DNA of 64,000 nucleotides from Gemmatimonadota bacterium (GCA_026706345.1 JAPOYX010000198.1:47828-111827), one strand, 5' to 3'; positions 10,611-21,742 are shown, counted from the first letter of the stretch. Program-made: numbers and translations. The notes: generated by a model from the sequence alone, not told the origin.

Positions 10611-11858
10611 TCAGGCGCTCTGCTTGCTTTCCTTGCCCTGGACGTAGACGGGCGGCGCTTTTTCTTTCACGGTTTCCTCCGTAACGACGACCTCGCGCAG
10701 GTCGTCCCGCGTCGGCGCGTCGAACATCACGTCCAGCATCACTTCCTCGAGGATGGACCGCAACGAACGCGCGCCCGTCTTCTTGTCCATCGCCTCCTTC
10801 ACCACAGCCTGGAGGGCTTCGTCCGTGAAGGTCAGCTTGACGTCTTCCATTTCGAGCAGCCGCTGGTACTGCTTCACGAGGGCGTTCCTGGGCTTGAGCA
10901 GGATTTCCATCAGCGCATCGGCGTCGAGTTCGCCCAGCGTGGCGATCACGGGCAGCCTGCCGATGATTTCCGGTATCAGCCCGTACTGCAGCAGGTCGTC
11001 GGGTTCGACCCGGGCGAGGAGTTCACTCGTATTGCGGCCCGCGGAATTCTTCGACACGCCGCCGAATCCGATGGTCCCTTCCGCGGTCCGCCGTTCGATG
11101 ATCTGGTCGAGATCGTCGAAAGCGCCACCGCAGATGAAGAGGATGTTCCGCGTGTTGATCTGGACGAAGTTCTGTTCGGGGTGTTTCCGGCCGCCCTTCG
11201 GAGGTACGTTGGCGATGGTTCCTTCAAGCATCTTGAGCAGGGACTGCTGCACGCCTTCTCCCGACACGTCGCGGGTTATGGAGGGGTTGGCCGACTTGCG
11301 CGCCACCTTGTCGACCTCGTCGATATAGACGATGCCGCTTTCCGCTTTCGGCACGTCGTAATCCGCGGCCTGGAGCAGGCGGACCAGGACGCTCTCCACG
11401 TCTTCGCCCACGTATCCGGCTTCCGTGAGCACCGTGGCATCCGCGATGCAGAAGGGCACGTGCAGCATTTTCGCCAGGGTCTGGGCCAGCAGCGTCTTCC
11501 CGGTGCCCGTGGGGCCGATCAGCAGGATGTTGCTCTTCTCCAGTTCCACTTCGTCCTGCGCGGCGCCGTGCTGTATGCGCTTGTAATGGTTGTACACGGC
11601 AACGGAAAGCACCTTCTTGGCCTGTTCCTGGCCGATGACGTATTCGTCCAGCGCCTCCTTGATCTCCGTGGGCAGGGGGAGGTGCTCGACGGTCGACAGG
11701 GTGCTGCGGCTCATCTCCTCGGCGAGGATCCCGTTGCACATCAGGATGCACTCGTTGCAGATGTATACGTTCGGACCCGTGATGAGGCGTTCCACCTCGT
11801 CGGCGTTTCTATTGCAGAAGGAGCAGCGCAGGTCCCGCGACGCCGGTCGTTTCTTCAT
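10611..11858 (-). CDS. clpX: ATP-dependent Clp protease ATP-binding subunit ClpX.
   Basis: N-terminal zinc-binding [11 protein letters not shown]...CNEC, Walker [16 protein letters not shown], and the IGF-like loop. Confidence 0.95.
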   Translation of the reverse strand: MKKRPASRDLRCSFCNRNADEVERLITGPNVYICNECILMCNGILAEEMSRSTLSTVEHLPLPTEIKEALDEYVIGQEQAKKVLSVAVYNHYKRIQHGAAQDEVELEKSNILLIGPTGTGKTLLAQTLAKMLHVPFCIADATVLTEAGYVGEDVESVLVRLLQAADYDVPKAESGIVYIDEVDKVARKSANPSITRDVSGEGVQQSLLKMLEGTIANVPPKGGRKHPEQNFVQINTRNILFICGGAFDDLDQIIERRTAEGTIGFGGVSKNSAGRNTSELLARVEPDDLLQYGLIPEIIGRLPVIATLGELDADALMEILLKPRNALVKQYQRLLEMEDVKLTFTDEALQAVVKEAMDKKTGARSLRSILEEVMLDVMFDAPTRDDLREVVVTEETVKEKAPPVYVQGKESKQSA

Positions 11859-11867
11859 GATCCCGTC

Positions 11868-12491
11868 CTAGGCGGTTTTCCCGTTCAGCGATTCCGCGAT
11901 GGCCCTGGAAGCGGCGGTTTCGACCACGTGGTCCACCAGGCCGTATTCGACAGCCTGCTCGGGCGACATCCAGAAGTCCCGGTCGGTATCCGCTTCGATC
12001 TTGTCCACGGACTGGCCGGTGTGATGAGCCATGATCTCGTTCATGGTCCGCTTCATGCGAAGCATTTCCTCGGCCTGGATCTCGATATCCTTGGCCGTGC
12101 CGGCCATGTGGGGGATGGAAGGCTGGTGAATCAGTATGCGCGAATAGGGGAGGGCGTACCGCTTTCCGGTTGCGCCCGCCGTGAGCAGAAAGGCGCCCAT
12201 GCTGGCGGCCATGCCCAGGCAATAGGTCTCCACGTCGGGCTGGATGAACTGCATGGTGTCGTATATGGCGAGCCCCGCGGTTATGCTGCCGCCGGGACTG
12301 TTGATGTAGAGCTTGATGTCCTTCTCGGCGTCTTCGTACTGCAGATAGAGCAACTGGGCGATCACCAGGTTCGCGATGGTGTCGTCGATCGGCATGCCGA
12401 TAAAGACGATGCGGTTCTTCAACAGCAGAGAGTAGATGTCGTAGGCCCGTTCTCCCCGGCCCGTCTGTTCGATCACCATCGGCACTAACAT
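11868..12491 (-). CDS. clpP: ATP-dependent Clp protease proteolytic subunit ClpP.
   Basis: The 207-aa protein has the catalytic Ser context [11 protein letters not shown] and the typical ClpP N-terminus [17 protein letters not shown]. Confidence 0.95.
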   Translation of the reverse strand: MLVPMVIEQTGRGERAYDIYSLLLKNRIVFIGMPIDDTIANLVIAQLLYLQYEDAEKDIKLYINSPGGSITAGLAIYDTMQFIQPDVETYCLGMAASMGAFLLTAGATGKRYALPYSRILIHQPSIPHMAGTAKDIEIQAEEMLRMKRTMNEIMAHHTGQSVDKIEADTDRDFWMSPEQAVEYGLVDHVVETAASRAIAESLNGKTA

Positions 12492-12503
12492 GATGCGCTC
12501 CTT

Positions 12504-13778
12504 CTACTCCGTTTGTATGTCGGCGTGCTGCACGAGGAATTCAACGACTTTCTCTTCTCTTAAATCCGCTTCGATGCGTTCCAGCCGTCCGTTTTCCTGG
12601 AAAAGCCGCCGGATCTGGTCGACCGAGGCCTGTCCCCGGCCCGCCAGGGCCTCCAGCCGCTCGTCCACTTCCGCCTGATCCACCGTCAGCCCTTCCTGCT
12701 CACTGATGGCGTCCAGGATGAGATGGCGCATGATCTGGCTGCTGGCCACCGGCCGGTACTGCTGACGAAGGGCGTTTTCGTCGACTTCGTCCCGGCCCCG
12801 CGCGGTGCGGCGCGCGTCCGCCACGACCTGGTCGAGGTAGGCCGTCATCATGGATTCGGGCACTTCGAAATCGTGGGCGTCCACGATCTGCGTGACCAGG
12901 TCCCTGCGCAACTCCAGGTCCGGTTCCCGTTCGATTTCCTCCCGGATCGACTGTTTCAGGGCGTCCAGGCTCTCCATGCCGATGTCCACCGCGAAGTCGT
13001 CATCCACCTCGGGCAGTTGCCGCTCCAGCACCTCCCGGACGCTCACGATGAAACAGGCGTCCTGACCGGCCATGCCCTCATCGGGGTAATCGGACGGCAG
13101 GGTGGTTTTAACGGATCGGTCCTCGTCCGCCCTGACACCGACGAGTTGCGTATCGAACCCCTCTCCGAGGCGGCCTGATCCGATCTGGAAAAACTGGTTT
13201 TCCTCCTTGCGTCCGATGATCGGCACCCCGTTGTCGTCCGCGTGCTGCACATCGGCCCGGATAAAGTGATCCTTCTCCGCCTCCCCGTCGATCCGAACCA
13301 CGGTGGCGTATCGTTCCCGCAATCCTTCGAGCCGCTTGTCTATATCGTCATCGGAAACGTCCACCACCCGCCGGGTCACCCGCAATTCCTTGTACTGCTT
13401 GAGTTCTATGGCGGGTTTGACCTCCACGCTGGCCCGCAGTTTCAGGTCCCGCCCTTCGTCATAGTCGATCTCCTCGATCACGGGCCGGCTGATCGGCTTG
13501 ATCTCGGCGCTTTCGTGGGCGCTGTTGAGGTATTCAGGGATTTTCTTCTCGAGCACTTCCGCCCGGATTTCATTGCCGAGCCGGGCTTTGAGCACGCTGA
13601 GCGGAACCTTTCCCCGCCGGAACCCGGGAAGGCGCACCTCTCTACTGTAACGCGCGTAGGCCGCGTTCAGTTCGGATTGAATCGCATCGGAAGGAACTTC
13701 GATCTCCAGGACGCGTTTCCAGGGTTTGGGTTCGGACACCGTGTAGTTCAAGCCAACTCCTCCCGCGCTCTTGCTCAT
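12504..13778 (-). CDS. tig: Trigger factor.
   Basis: The 424-aa protein has an N-terminal ribosome-binding domain with the FRRGKVPLSVLK motif (GFRxGxxP). It sits in the conserved tig-clpP-clpX-lon order. Confidence 0.9.
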   Translation of the reverse strand: MSKSAGGVGLNYTVSEPKPWKRVLEIEVPSDAIQSELNAAYARYSREVRLPGFRRGKVPLSVLKARLGNEIRAEVLEKKIPEYLNSAHESAEIKPISRPVIEEIDYDEGRDLKLRASVEVKPAIELKQYKELRVTRRVVDVSDDDIDKRLEGLRERYATVVRIDGEAEKDHFIRADVQHADDNGVPIIGRKEENQFFQIGSGRLGEGFDTQLVGVRADEDRSVKTTLPSDYPDEGMAGQDACFIVSVREVLERQLPEVDDDFAVDIGMESLDALKQSIREEIEREPDLELRRDLVTQIVDAHDFEVPESMMTAYLDQVVADARRTARGRDEVDENALRQQYRPVASSQIMRHLILDAISEQEGLTVDQAEVDERLEALAGRGQASVDQIRRLFQENGRLERIEADLREEKVVEFLVQHADIQTE

Positions 13779-13945
13779 GATTACGAGAACACCAGGCGCC
13801 GGTCTTCCGTAAAACCGGCGGACGACGACAGGCCCGGACCCGAAAGCGCCCGCCCGTCGCTTGACAAGCCGTGGTAATTAACCGTGGAGAGGGGTGAATG
13901 TCAACGGAAAAGAGCCGGGGCTCCAGCGCCCTGCGACCGAAGATC

Positions 13946-14027
13946 CCGGACGTGATGCGAGAGGGGGGAGTCGAACCCCCATGGGTTGCCCCACTGGATC
14001 CTAAATCCAGCGCGTATACCAGTTCCG
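13946..14027 (-). tRNA. tRNA-Leu with anticodon TAG.
   Basis: The reverse complement folds as a class II tRNA. The acceptor is GCGAGGG/CTCTCGC with one G-U pair. The D-arm is TGGCGGAACTGGTATACGCGC. The anticodon stem-loop is CTGGA-TTTAGGA-TCCAG. It has a long variable arm and the T-arm GGGGGTTCGACTCCCCC. Confidence 0.75.
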
Positions 14028-14087
14028 CCACCCTCGCGCAGCCTGTGTACCTGCCCCGGGATGTATACCTGCCGCTTCCCGTCGCCT

Positions 14088-15806
14088 TCATTCTTCAGGG
14101 CCGTTTCCGAGCAGCTTCCGGTATCTTTCTTCGTCTTCGAGTATCGCCAGGGCCGCCCTGATCTGCGGATCGTGTTTCGTGGCGAAGGCGTACCGTCCCG
14201 TCGTTCCCCAGAGCTTCGCGCTGATTTCGGTCCCGATGCGGACTACGAGCAACTCCCTGTGCCTGAGGTACTCCAGTTCATGCTGCCGGTTCAGCTTCAT
14301 CCGCAGATCGGCGAGCGATTCCAGCACATCGGTGGACGCGGGACGGTCCAGGCGGTCCAGGCGGTCCAGACGATCCCGGACGATCTCTTCCAGCTCGTCG
14401 AGCGTCCGTTCCGCCGTGGAGATGTATTCGAAGGAACGCGCTTCGACGAACCGGCGGAAGGCGTCGATCATAGCGTCCGATACGTCAAAGGTCGCCTGAT
14501 TCGCATCGGGTTCGCCCGACACGTAGTGGGAGGCGAACTTGATGAACAGGCTCTGGTTGTTCAGGGCCTGTATCAGGTGAGGGTATTCGGGCACCGCGAT
14601 CTCGACGTCCGGCGTGATGCCGCCGCCGCCGTACACGGTCCGGCCCAGGTTCGTCTCGTACGTCTCCGCTTCTGTCTCGTCCGCCTGGCCCGCATCGCCG
14701 CGCGCCGCATTCGACGGGCCGGGCTCGTTCAGGCTCGCCCTGGTTTTCTGTATGAGCCTGCCGCTCGGCGTATAATACCGCGCCGTCGTGATCTTCAGGG
14801 CCGTTTCCTTGTTCATGGGAAAAATCTGCTGCACCGAGGCCTTGCCGAGGGTCGGCTGGCCGGCCACGACGCCGCGGTCCCAGTCCTGGATCGCTCCGGC
14901 GACGATCTCGGACGCGCTGGCGCTGTACCGGTCGACCAGGACCACCAGCGGCGTGTCCTTCAGGGTAAAGGTATCGGCGGCGTGGTAGGATCGCTGGTCC
15001 GTACCGGTACGCCCCATGGTGTAGACGATGAGACGCTCTTCTTCCAGGAACTTCCCCGCTACCTCCACGGCCTGCTCCAGCAATCCTCCCGGATTGCCGC
15101 GCAGATCGAGCACGTAGCCCCGGGCGCCCTGTTCTCCCAGTTGTTCCAACGCCTGTTCCACCTTGTTCGAAGCATCTTCGGTAAACTGGTTCAGTTTGAT
15201 GTAGCCGACCGCGCCTTCCAGCATGCCCGCGTAAGGAACCACCGGTATGGTGATGATGGCCCGCGTCAGGGTGAAGTCGATAGACGCCGCCTCGCCTTCC
15301 CTGCTGACCGAAATCGTCACGGAAGTGCCCGGACTTCCCCGGAGGAGATCCGCCGCCTGAGAGACATCGATGTCGGCCGTGGACCGGTCCTCAATCCGGA
15401 CGATGCGGTCGCCGGTCTGCAGGCCGACGTCGTAGGCGGGCGTATCGTCAAACAGCGCGACAACGACCAGGGCGTCCTCCTGCTTTTGAATCTTGATGCC
15501 CAATCCGCCGTACTTCCCCTGGATCTGCATCATTTTCATCTCGTCGTTCTGCTTTTTCTCCAGAAACTCCGTATAGGGATCCAACGTGGCGAGCATGGCG
15601 TGGATGGCCGCGGCTATCGCTTCTCCTTCGTTCAGGTCGTCCACGTACCTGGCGCGGATGCGTTCCACGACCTGTTGCAGGAGCTTCAGGTCGTACTGCT
15701 GTTCGCCGACCGCCTGCACGCGGTCATACCTGAGCAGCCATCCGGCGCCCAGCAGACCGATGAGCAACAGGCCGATCAGGGTGATTCTTCTGTTACGCGC
15801 CCGCAT
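14088..15806 (-). CDS. ctp: Carboxyl-terminal processing protease, peptidase S41.
   Basis: Signal/TM N-terminus, PDZ region, LDLRGNPGG and DRYSASASEI catalytic-region motifs. The 572-aa protein has an extended C-terminal domain. Confidence 0.85.
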   Translation of the reverse strand: MRARNRRITLIGLLLIGLLGAGWLLRYDRVQAVGEQQYDLKLLQQVVERIRARYVDDLNEGEAIAAAIHAMLATLDPYTEFLEKKQNDEMKMMQIQGKYGGLGIKIQKQEDALVVVALFDDTPAYDVGLQTGDRIVRIEDRSTADIDVSQAADLLRGSPGTSVTISVSREGEAASIDFTLTRAIITIPVVPYAGMLEGAVGYIKLNQFTEDASNKVEQALEQLGEQGARGYVLDLRGNPGGLLEQAVEVAGKFLEEERLIVYTMGRTGTDQRSYHAADTFTLKDTPLVVLVDRYSASASEIVAGAIQDWDRGVVAGQPTLGKASVQQIFPMNKETALKITTARYYTPSGRLIQKTRASLNEPGPSNAARGDAGQADETEAETYETNLGRTVYGGGGITPDVEIAVPEYPHLIQALNNQSLFIKFASHYVSGEPDANQATFDVSDAMIDAFRRFVEARSFEYISTAERTLDELEEIVRDRLDRLDRLDRPASTDVLESLADLRMKLNRQHELEYLRHRELLVVRIGTEISAKLWGTTGRYAFATKHDPQIRAALAILEDEERYRKLLGNGPEE

Positions 15807-15916
15807 GACCCGAACTCCTGTGGCGTAAACCCGCCATGCTTCGTACCGGGGCCGTAAACGGCCGCCGGCTCGTCTTCCCCATTCCCGACGGCGCGGGAAT
15901 CTTCATGGAACTTTCC

Positions 15917-16531
15917 TCACCCTTTGGATTTCCTGCGGATGTGGAACAGACGGGTAATGGCCGTGAAATTCGACACCACGGCGATCAGAACCAGGGCGAC
16001 GGGAAGGTACGTCTCCCCGAGCATCGCACCCAGTCCGAGACAGATGATCCGTTCCGGCCGCTGCATGAGCCCGACGGTACACTCCTGCCCGAGCCCCTCC
16101 GCCCGGGCCCGTACGTAACTGACCATAAGGGAGCCGCTGATGGCCATCACGGACGCCAGCACCCACCAGGCGCTCAGATCGCTGTCGCCCGCGCTGAAAA
16201 GGTAGAAGGCGATGATGCCGATGAATACGGCAATCTCGGCATAGCGGTCCAGCGTGGAATCGAGGAGCGCCCCGAAGGTGCTTCGGGTCCCCGTTTCCCG
16301 GGCAAGGTGCCCGTCAAGCACATCGCAACTGCCGCCGATGAACATGACCAGCCCCGCCCACCTGAAAGCGCCTAGTCCGAAGAGACAGGCCGAGACCAGG
16401 GTGATCCCGAAGCCGAGCATCGTCAACGCGTTGGGATGAATCCCGAACCGCACGGATGTACGGACGAAGGGCCCCAGCATGTTGACGTACCATGTCTTCA
16501 CTTTCGAACTCAGCATGGCATACTCCCGCAT
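15917..16531 (-). CDS. CDP-alcohol phosphatidyltransferase, PgsA-like.
   Basis: It carries the motif D-x2-DG-x2-AR...G-x3-D-x3-D (SCDVLDGHLARETGTRSTFGALLDSTLDRYAE) and multiple TM helices. The start was chosen at MREYAML (16531) rather than the long upstream ORF extension to 16894. Confidence 0.7.
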   Translation of the reverse strand: MREYAMLSSKVKTWYVNMLGPFVRTSVRFGIHPNALTMLGFGITLVSACLFGLGAFRWAGLVMFIGGSCDVLDGHLARETGTRSTFGALLDSTLDRYAEIAVFIGIIAFYLFSAGDSDLSAWWVLASVMAISGSLMVSYVRARAEGLGQECTVGLMQRPERIICLGLGAMLGETYLPVALVLIAVVSNFTAITRLFHIRRKSKG

Positions 16532-16737
16532 CAGGCCGCGACGCGCTTCCGCCTGCACCCCGCTCTGTCTTTTCCCGCCTTGTGCCGCAGAACGCGACCA
16601 GGGTAACCGACGTATTGCAGCGAGGGTTTTCATTGCCGGAAACGTGATGCCGGAATATAGCCGGCGCGCCCCCCCGCAGTCAAGGAAAAGTCGTTGAGAG
16701 CCCGGGAGAAAGGCGTTCCCGGGATCCAGCTTTTCGC

Positions 16738-16766
16738 TTGACATCATCGGGTGCGATTCGTAATTA
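16738..16766 (+). promoter_or_regulatory. Putative sigma70-type promoter of hrcA: TTGACA, 17 bp spacer, TAATTA.
   Basis: TTGACA at 16738-16743 is followed by a 17-bp spacer and TAATTA at 16761-16766. It lies about 150 bp upstream of the hrcA ATG. Confidence 0.4.
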
Positions 16767-16913
16767 AAGTATCGGGTTTTTAGCGTGATCGTCCGCCTGC
16801 GGAAGGCATGGAACATCACGGTTCCACCTCGGGTCGGTTCGGGGCCGTGCCGCTTCCGACACCTGGCCTGTATGACGTCCTCCCATTCAGACAATACAGA
16901 CCGCGGGATCGAA

Positions 16914-17945
16914 ATGGCGTATACACTTCAGACAGACCGGGACAAGGATATACTCCGGAACCTGGTCGAACACCATGTAACCACGGGCCAGCCCGTCGGC
17001 TCCAAGTCGATTGCCGGCAACGGGCCGATCGCCGTGAGTCCGGCGACGGTGCGCAATACCATGGTGAACCTCGAGGACGCCGGTTACATCACCCGGCCCC
17101 ATCCCTCCGCCGGGGGCGTTCCGACGGATAAGGGTTACCGGTACTACGTGGATACCCTCCTTCGCATGCGGCCCATAAACAAGCGGGACAGGGAGCGCAT
17201 CAACCTCGAACTGGAAAACGACTGGTTGAGCGTGCAGGAACTGTTGAGCCACACCGCGCACATCCTCGGCCTGGTGTGCCGGGAAGTCGGTGTGGCGCTG
17301 GCGCCAAGGCTGTACGACGGAAGACTCGACCGGGTGGAACTGATACCGGTCGCCCGACGCAAGGTGCTGCTGGTGCTGACCCTCACTTCCGGCCTGGTCC
17401 GGAGCATCGTCGCCGAACTCGACGCGGATATTCCCGCGGACCGGCTCGCCGACGCCAACTGGTTCCTGAACGAGCGGCTGAACGGCTGCTCCCTCAGGGA
17501 GATCAAGGGGCAGCTCGACGAACGCCTGGAGGACGCGCCAGGGTCCAAGCGGAAGATCGTCCAGCTGTTCATCCAGTATAGCAATTACCTCTTCGATTTC
17601 GAGGAGAACGAGAAGACCCATATCGGCGGCACGACCTATATCGTGTCGCAGCCGGAGTTCGTGACGGATTACACGAAGCTTTCGTCGCTGCTTCATTTTC
17701 TCGAACACAAGCGGACGGTGGCCCATTGGCTGAGCGAGCGCCATCATGAAAACCGGATCGCCGTGACCATCGGACACGAAAACGGCCAGAACGAAGTGCA
17801 GTCCTGCAGCGTGGTGACGTCGACCTATCGAATCGGCGACATGGCGGGCATTATCGGGGTAATCGGCCCGACGCGCATGCCTTACGCGCGCCTGATGTCC
17901 GTCGTCGGGTACACGGCGAGATACCTGAATACGATATTCGCGTGA
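16914..17945 (+). CDS. hrcA: Heat-inducible transcription repressor HrcA.
   Basis: MAYTLQTDRDKDILRNLVEHHVTTGQPVGSKSIA is the HrcA winged-helix N-terminus. The protein is about 343 aa and lies upstream of grpE-dnaJ. Confidence 0.9.
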   Translation: MAYTLQTDRDKDILRNLVEHHVTTGQPVGSKSIAGNGPIAVSPATVRNTMVNLEDAGYITRPHPSAGGVPTDKGYRYYVDTLLRMRPINKRDRERINLELENDWLSVQELLSHTAHILGLVCREVGVALAPRLYDGRLDRVELIPVARRKVLLVLTLTSGLVRSIVAELDADIPADRLADANWFLNERLNGCSLREIKGQLDERLEDAPGSKRKIVQLFIQYSNYLFDFEENEKTHIGGTTYIVSQPEFVTDYTKLSSLLHFLEHKRTVAHWLSERHHENRIAVTIGHENGQNEVQSCSVVTSTYRIGDMAGIIGVIGPTRMPYARLMSVVGYTARYLNTIFA

Positions 17946-18114
17946 ATCCCGCGGTTTTCGTCCCGATCCAGTTTACCAGCGGACGTGAGCGATCACGCCC
18001 GCTTCGTTTTGGCATTCCGGGCGCGACCGGGTGTGACCGCGCGGACCGAATAATATAGAAACGAATATAGACACGAGGTTGTTACGGGTTAGAGACTGGA
18101 GGTTGTAAACCATT

Positions 18115-18888
18115 ATGGGCAAGGAAGAGGAAGCCGGAGTGGAGTCTGCGGCAACGCCCGGTGACGTAGCGGAAGCGACCGGGACCGCGGCGCAGGAAAA
18201 CGACCCCGGGGCCGGGCCGGATTCCGAAGCAGGACCGGACCATGGCGCCGAATCGGGAAATGGCCCGGCGGCCGAGGCGGAAGACCGGAACGTCGAGTCC
18301 GCGTCCGACGGAGAAGCGGACCCCGCGGAGAAGTTGGATGGCGCTCCGACCGATACGGAAGAGGATGAACAGGCCAGACTGGCCGAGGAGGCCCTGCGGT
18401 ACAAGGACCGCCTGGTACGCCTGGCCGCCGAGTTCGACAACTACAAGAAACGTACCGGCCGCGAGTTCACCGCGCTGGTAAAAAACGCGGGTGAATCGCT
18501 GATCACCGAGTTGCTGCCCATCCTCGACAACATGGAAAGGGCCCTCCAGGCTCCGCAGACCTCCGAGGAGACCCGGTCCTTCGCCCAGGGTTTCGAGATG
18601 ATCCGCCAGCAGTTCCTGGAGAAACTGGAGAAGGCGGGCATGAAGGAGATCGCGGCGGAGGGAACGCCCTTCGATCCCACGCGGCACGAAGCCGTCATGG
18701 CCGTAGAAAACGAAGAACATCCGGCCGACACGGTGATCAACGTGGTCGAAAAGGGGTACACGCTTAATGAAAAGGTCCTGCGCGCGGCCAAGGTCATCGT
18801 GACGCGCGCGACGGCGAAAGCGCCGGTCCAGGCGGATCAGGCGAACCAGGACAACGGCGGAAAATCGGATCCAGTGGAAGATGAATAA
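18115..18888 (+). CDS. grpE: Nucleotide exchange factor GrpE.
   Basis: An acidic N-terminal tail is followed by the GrpE core [16 protein letters not shown]...[14 protein letters not shown]...[21 protein letters not shown] is present. Confidence 0.9.
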   Translation: MGKEEEAGVESAATPGDVAEATGTAAQENDPGAGPDSEAGPDHGAESGNGPAAEAEDRNVESASDGEADPAEKLDGAPTDTEEDEQARLAEEALRYKDRLVRLAAEFDNYKKRTGREFTALVKNAGESLITELLPILDNMERALQAPQTSEETRSFAQGFEMIRQQFLEKLEKAGMKEIAAEGTPFDPTRHEAVMAVENEEHPADTVINVVEKGYTLNEKVLRAAKVIVTRATAKAPVQADQANQDNGGKSDPVEDE

Positions 18889-20032
18889 ACAGGACTACTA
18901 CGATACCCTGGGCGTCGCGCGCTCGGCATCCGAGGACGAAATCAAGAAGGCGTACCGGAAGCTGGCCATGCAGTATCACCCGGACCGGAATCCGGGCGAC
19001 AAGGCGGCGGAAGAGAAATTCAAGACGGCCGCCGAAGCCTACGAAGTGCTGAGTGATCCGGACAAGCGTACGCGTTACGACCGGTTCGGCCACCAGGGCG
19101 TGGCGGGCGACTTCGGCTCGGGCGGCTTCCAGTGGGGGGACTTTACCCACGCCGGCGACTTCGAGGACATCCTGGGGAACCTGTTCGGGGGCAGCATATT
19201 CGGCGACTTCTTCGGCGGCCGGACCCGCGGAAGGGCAAGCAACCGCGGCGAGGACCTCCGGGTGAACCTCAGGCTGACCCTGGAGGAACTGGCCCAGGGC
19301 GTCAGCAAGACGATTCGAATCAAGCGTTACGTACCCTGCGACCACTGCGACGGCATCGGCGCCGCCGACCGGAACGGCGTGCGGACCTGCCCGACCTGCC
19401 AGGGGCAGGGCCAGGTTCAGCAACGCGCGAACTCCCTCTTCGGCGTCGTGATGAACGTGACGACCTGTCCGAACTGCCAGGGGCAAGGAAAGACCATAGA
19501 CCGGCCCTGCGCCACGTGCGAGGGGCAGGGCAGACAGATGAAGACGGTCACGGTCAAGGTGGATATCCCGACCGGCGCCGGCGACGGGAACTACATGCGC
19601 CTCCAGGGCCAGGGCCACGCGGGTATCCGCGGCGGAACGGCGGGCGACGTGCTCGTCGTCATCGAACAGGAACCCCACGAGCTATTCGAACGGCAGGATG
19701 ACGACATCATCTACGTCATGCCGCTCAGTTTCAGCCAGGCGGCCCTGGGCGACCAGGTGGAGGTCCCGACCCTTACGGGCAAGGTCCGGCTCTCCATCCC
19801 TCCCGGTACCCAGTTCGGCAAGGTGTTCCGGCTGCGGGGCAAGGGCATGCCCTATCTCAACGGGTACGGCCAGGGCGACCAGCTCGTAAAGGTCATCGTC
19901 TGGACGCCAACGGAACTGACCGGCCGGGAAAAGGAACTGTACCAGGAGCTGTCCCGGTTGAACAGCGGAAAGACGCCGGTAAACGACCGGGGATTCTTCA
20001 ATCGGATCCGGGAAGAGTTGTTCGGCGACTGA
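18881..20032 (+). CDS. dnaJ: Molecular chaperone DnaJ.
   Basis: J-domain with HPDRN, a G/F-rich linker, and four CxxCxGxG zinc-finger repeats ([32 protein letters not shown]). It overlaps the grpE stop by 8 bp. Confidence 0.95.
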   Translation: MNKQDYYDTLGVARSASEDEIKKAYRKLAMQYHPDRNPGDKAAEEKFKTAAEAYEVLSDPDKRTRYDRFGHQGVAGDFGSGGFQWGDFTHAGDFEDILGNLFGGSIFGDFFGGRTRGRASNRGEDLRVNLRLTLEELAQGVSKTIRIKRYVPCDHCDGIGAADRNGVRTCPTCQGQGQVQQRANSLFGVVMNVTTCPNCQGQGKTIDRPCATCEGQGRQMKTVTVKVDIPTGAGDGNYMRLQGQGHAGIRGGTAGDVLVVIEQEPHELFERQDDDIIYVMPLSFSQAALGDQVEVPTLTGKVRLSIPPGTQFGKVFRLRGKGMPYLNGYGQGDQLVKVIVWTPTELTGREKELYQELSRLNSGKTPVNDRGFFNRIREELFGD

Positions 20033-20083
20033 AGCCGGTGCAGCCACACGAACCCGGGCCCGGTTGCCGCCTGATCCTCGCCT

Positions 20084-20986
20084 ATGCGTCACTGGGTTGA
20101 AGTCACCATAGCCGTCTCGCCCGAAACCGAAGAAGCGATCGTCAACGCCTTCTGGGAGCTGGGTTCCAGCGGCGTCCTGCAATCCGGGGACGGACGTGCC
20201 GGCGCATCCGAATGCGTGACCGGGTTCTGGGCCGATCGGCCCGGAGTGGACGAGAAGCTAGACCGGATCGCCCACCTCTGGGAAGCGCTTCGCGGCCTGG
20301 GCGAGGCGGAAGGCCCATGCCGGATCTCCACGCGCAGGGTTGCTGAAGACGACTGGGCCGGGAAATGGAAAGCGCAGGTAGCGCCCGTCCGGATTTCGGA
20401 CCGGCTCATGGTCGCCCCGCCCTGGTCCGAGGTACCCCGGTCCGACGGACTTCTCGCAGTCCGGATCAACCCGGGCACGGGGTTCGGCACGGGCGGGCAC
20501 GAGACCACGCAACTGTGCCTGCGGCAACTGGAAAAACGGATTCGGCCGGGAGACCGGGTACTCGACGTGGGATCGGGGTCCGGCGTGCTCTCCATCACCG
20601 CGGTCCTCCTGGGCGCTTCCCGGGCGACAGGCATCGACATCGATCCCGAGACCATCGGAAACGCGCTGGAGAACGCCCGGCTGAACGGGGTAGCCGACCG
20701 GGTCGATGTATATGCCGGCCGCCTGGATCATCCCGCAATCGACGGACGGTACCGGATCGTGGTCTCCAATATCAGCGCGGCCAGCCTGACCGCCATGCTT
20801 CCCGGTTTCTCTGCCCGTCTCCACCCTGCCGGTGAGTTGATCCTGTCCGGTTTGCTCATCAAGGAAGCCCCGTCATTCGAGGCCACGCTGAAAGACGGGG
20901 GTTTTACTTTACTCGAACGGGAGACCCGGGGCGTATGGTGGGCCGGCGCGGTCCGTCTTGCGACCGGGCGGCCCGGCGTGCCGTGA
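20084..20986 (+). CDS. prmA: Ribosomal protein L11 methyltransferase.
   Basis: 300 aa with the SAM-binding motif VLDVGSGSGVLSI and the PrmA N-terminal domain. Confidence 0.85.
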   Translation: MRHWVEVTIAVSPETEEAIVNAFWELGSSGVLQSGDGRAGASECVTGFWADRPGVDEKLDRIAHLWEALRGLGEAEGPCRISTRRVAEDDWAGKWKAQVAPVRISDRLMVAPPWSEVPRSDGLLAVRINPGTGFGTGGHETTQLCLRQLEKRIRPGDRVLDVGSGSGVLSITAVLLGASRATGIDIDPETIGNALENARLNGVADRVDVYAGRLDHPAIDGRYRIVVSNISAASLTAMLPGFSARLHPAGELILSGLLIKEAPSFEATLKDGGFTLLERETRGVWWAGAVRLATGRPGVP

Positions 20987-20998
20987 TCGGCGGAAACG

Positions 20999-21742
20999 AT
21001 GGAATTCAGCTATGTGCCCCCGGACCGGATCTCGGGGAACGCGGCCTTCGTTACGGACGAGGACGAACAGAAACACCTGACGCGCGCACTGCGGAAGAAA
21101 CCCGGGGATGCCGTTCGTTTCGTAGACGGCGAAGGCTGGATCTACGACGGCGTACTCGTTCGCGTGAAACCGGAGATCGAAATCGAGATCCGGGACCGCC
21201 GGAGAGACCGCGAGGCGGAATCGCCCGAAGTCACGCTCGCGCCATCGCTGCTCAAGGGGTCGCGGCTGGACGCGGTCGTCGAGAAGTCAACGGAGCTGGG
21301 CGTCGCCGTCATCCTTCCCATGCGCAGCGCCCGGACGGTGGCGGGCGGCAGGCCGGCCGGCGAACCGGGCAATCAACGGCTGGAGCGCTGGCGGCGCATT
21401 GCCCGGAGCGCAATGAAACAATCGCTGCGCGCCCGGCTGCCCCGGATCGTCCCGGTCACGAACCTGGTGGATATCGTGGGAACCGCGTCATCCTACGACC
21501 TGGCCCTGATCGCCTGGGAAGAGGAAAGGGAAAGGAGCCCGGCCCTCGCGACGGGCCTCGGCGCGGAAGCCAGGCGCGTCCTGCTGATGATCGGCCCCGA
21601 GGGCGGATTCACCCGGGAGGAGATCGCCATGGCCCGGGAAGCGGGCGTTCAAACGGTTTCCCTGGGACGTTCGCGCCTTCGGTCCGATACGGCGTCCATC
21701 GCGGGGCTGACCCTGCTCATGGCGGCGCTGGATGCCGTCTGA
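20999..21742 (+). CDS. rsmE: 16S rRNA (uracil1498-N3)-methyltransferase RsmE.
   Basis: 247 aa with the C-terminal SPOUT knot region MIGPEGGFTREEI...VSLGRSRLRSDTA. Confidence 0.85.
   Translation: MEFSYVPPDRISGNAAFVTDEDEQKHLTRALRKKPGDAVRFVDGEGWIYDGVLVRVKPEIEIEIRDRRRDREAESPEVTLAPSLLKGSRLDAVVEKSTELGVAVILPMRSARTVAGGRPAGEPGNQRLERWRRIARSAMKQSLRARLPRIVPVTNLVDIVGTASSYDLALIAWEEERERSPALATGLGAEARRVLLMIGPEGGFTREEIAMAREAGVQTVSLGRSRLRSDTASIAGLTLLMAALDAV

Noticed and set aside
14335-14375. CGGTCCAGG tandem repeat (RLDRLDRLDR) inside ctp
   Set aside because: It is a short in-frame low-complexity coding repeat. It is probably a benign linker, and nothing else supports a feature.
13986-15857. 623-aa ORF on the plus strand antisense to ctp
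   Set aside because: It is Arg/Gly/Pro/Val-rich with low-complexity composition typical of antisense frames in high-GC DNA. The minus-strand frame carries clear S41 protease motifs. So it is an artefact.
16700-16914. Searched for a CIRCE (TTAGCACTC-N9-GAGTGCTAA) HrcA operator upstream of hrcA
   Set aside because: Only a partial half-site-like TTAGCGTGA is present, with no inverted partner. I did not call a CIRCE element.
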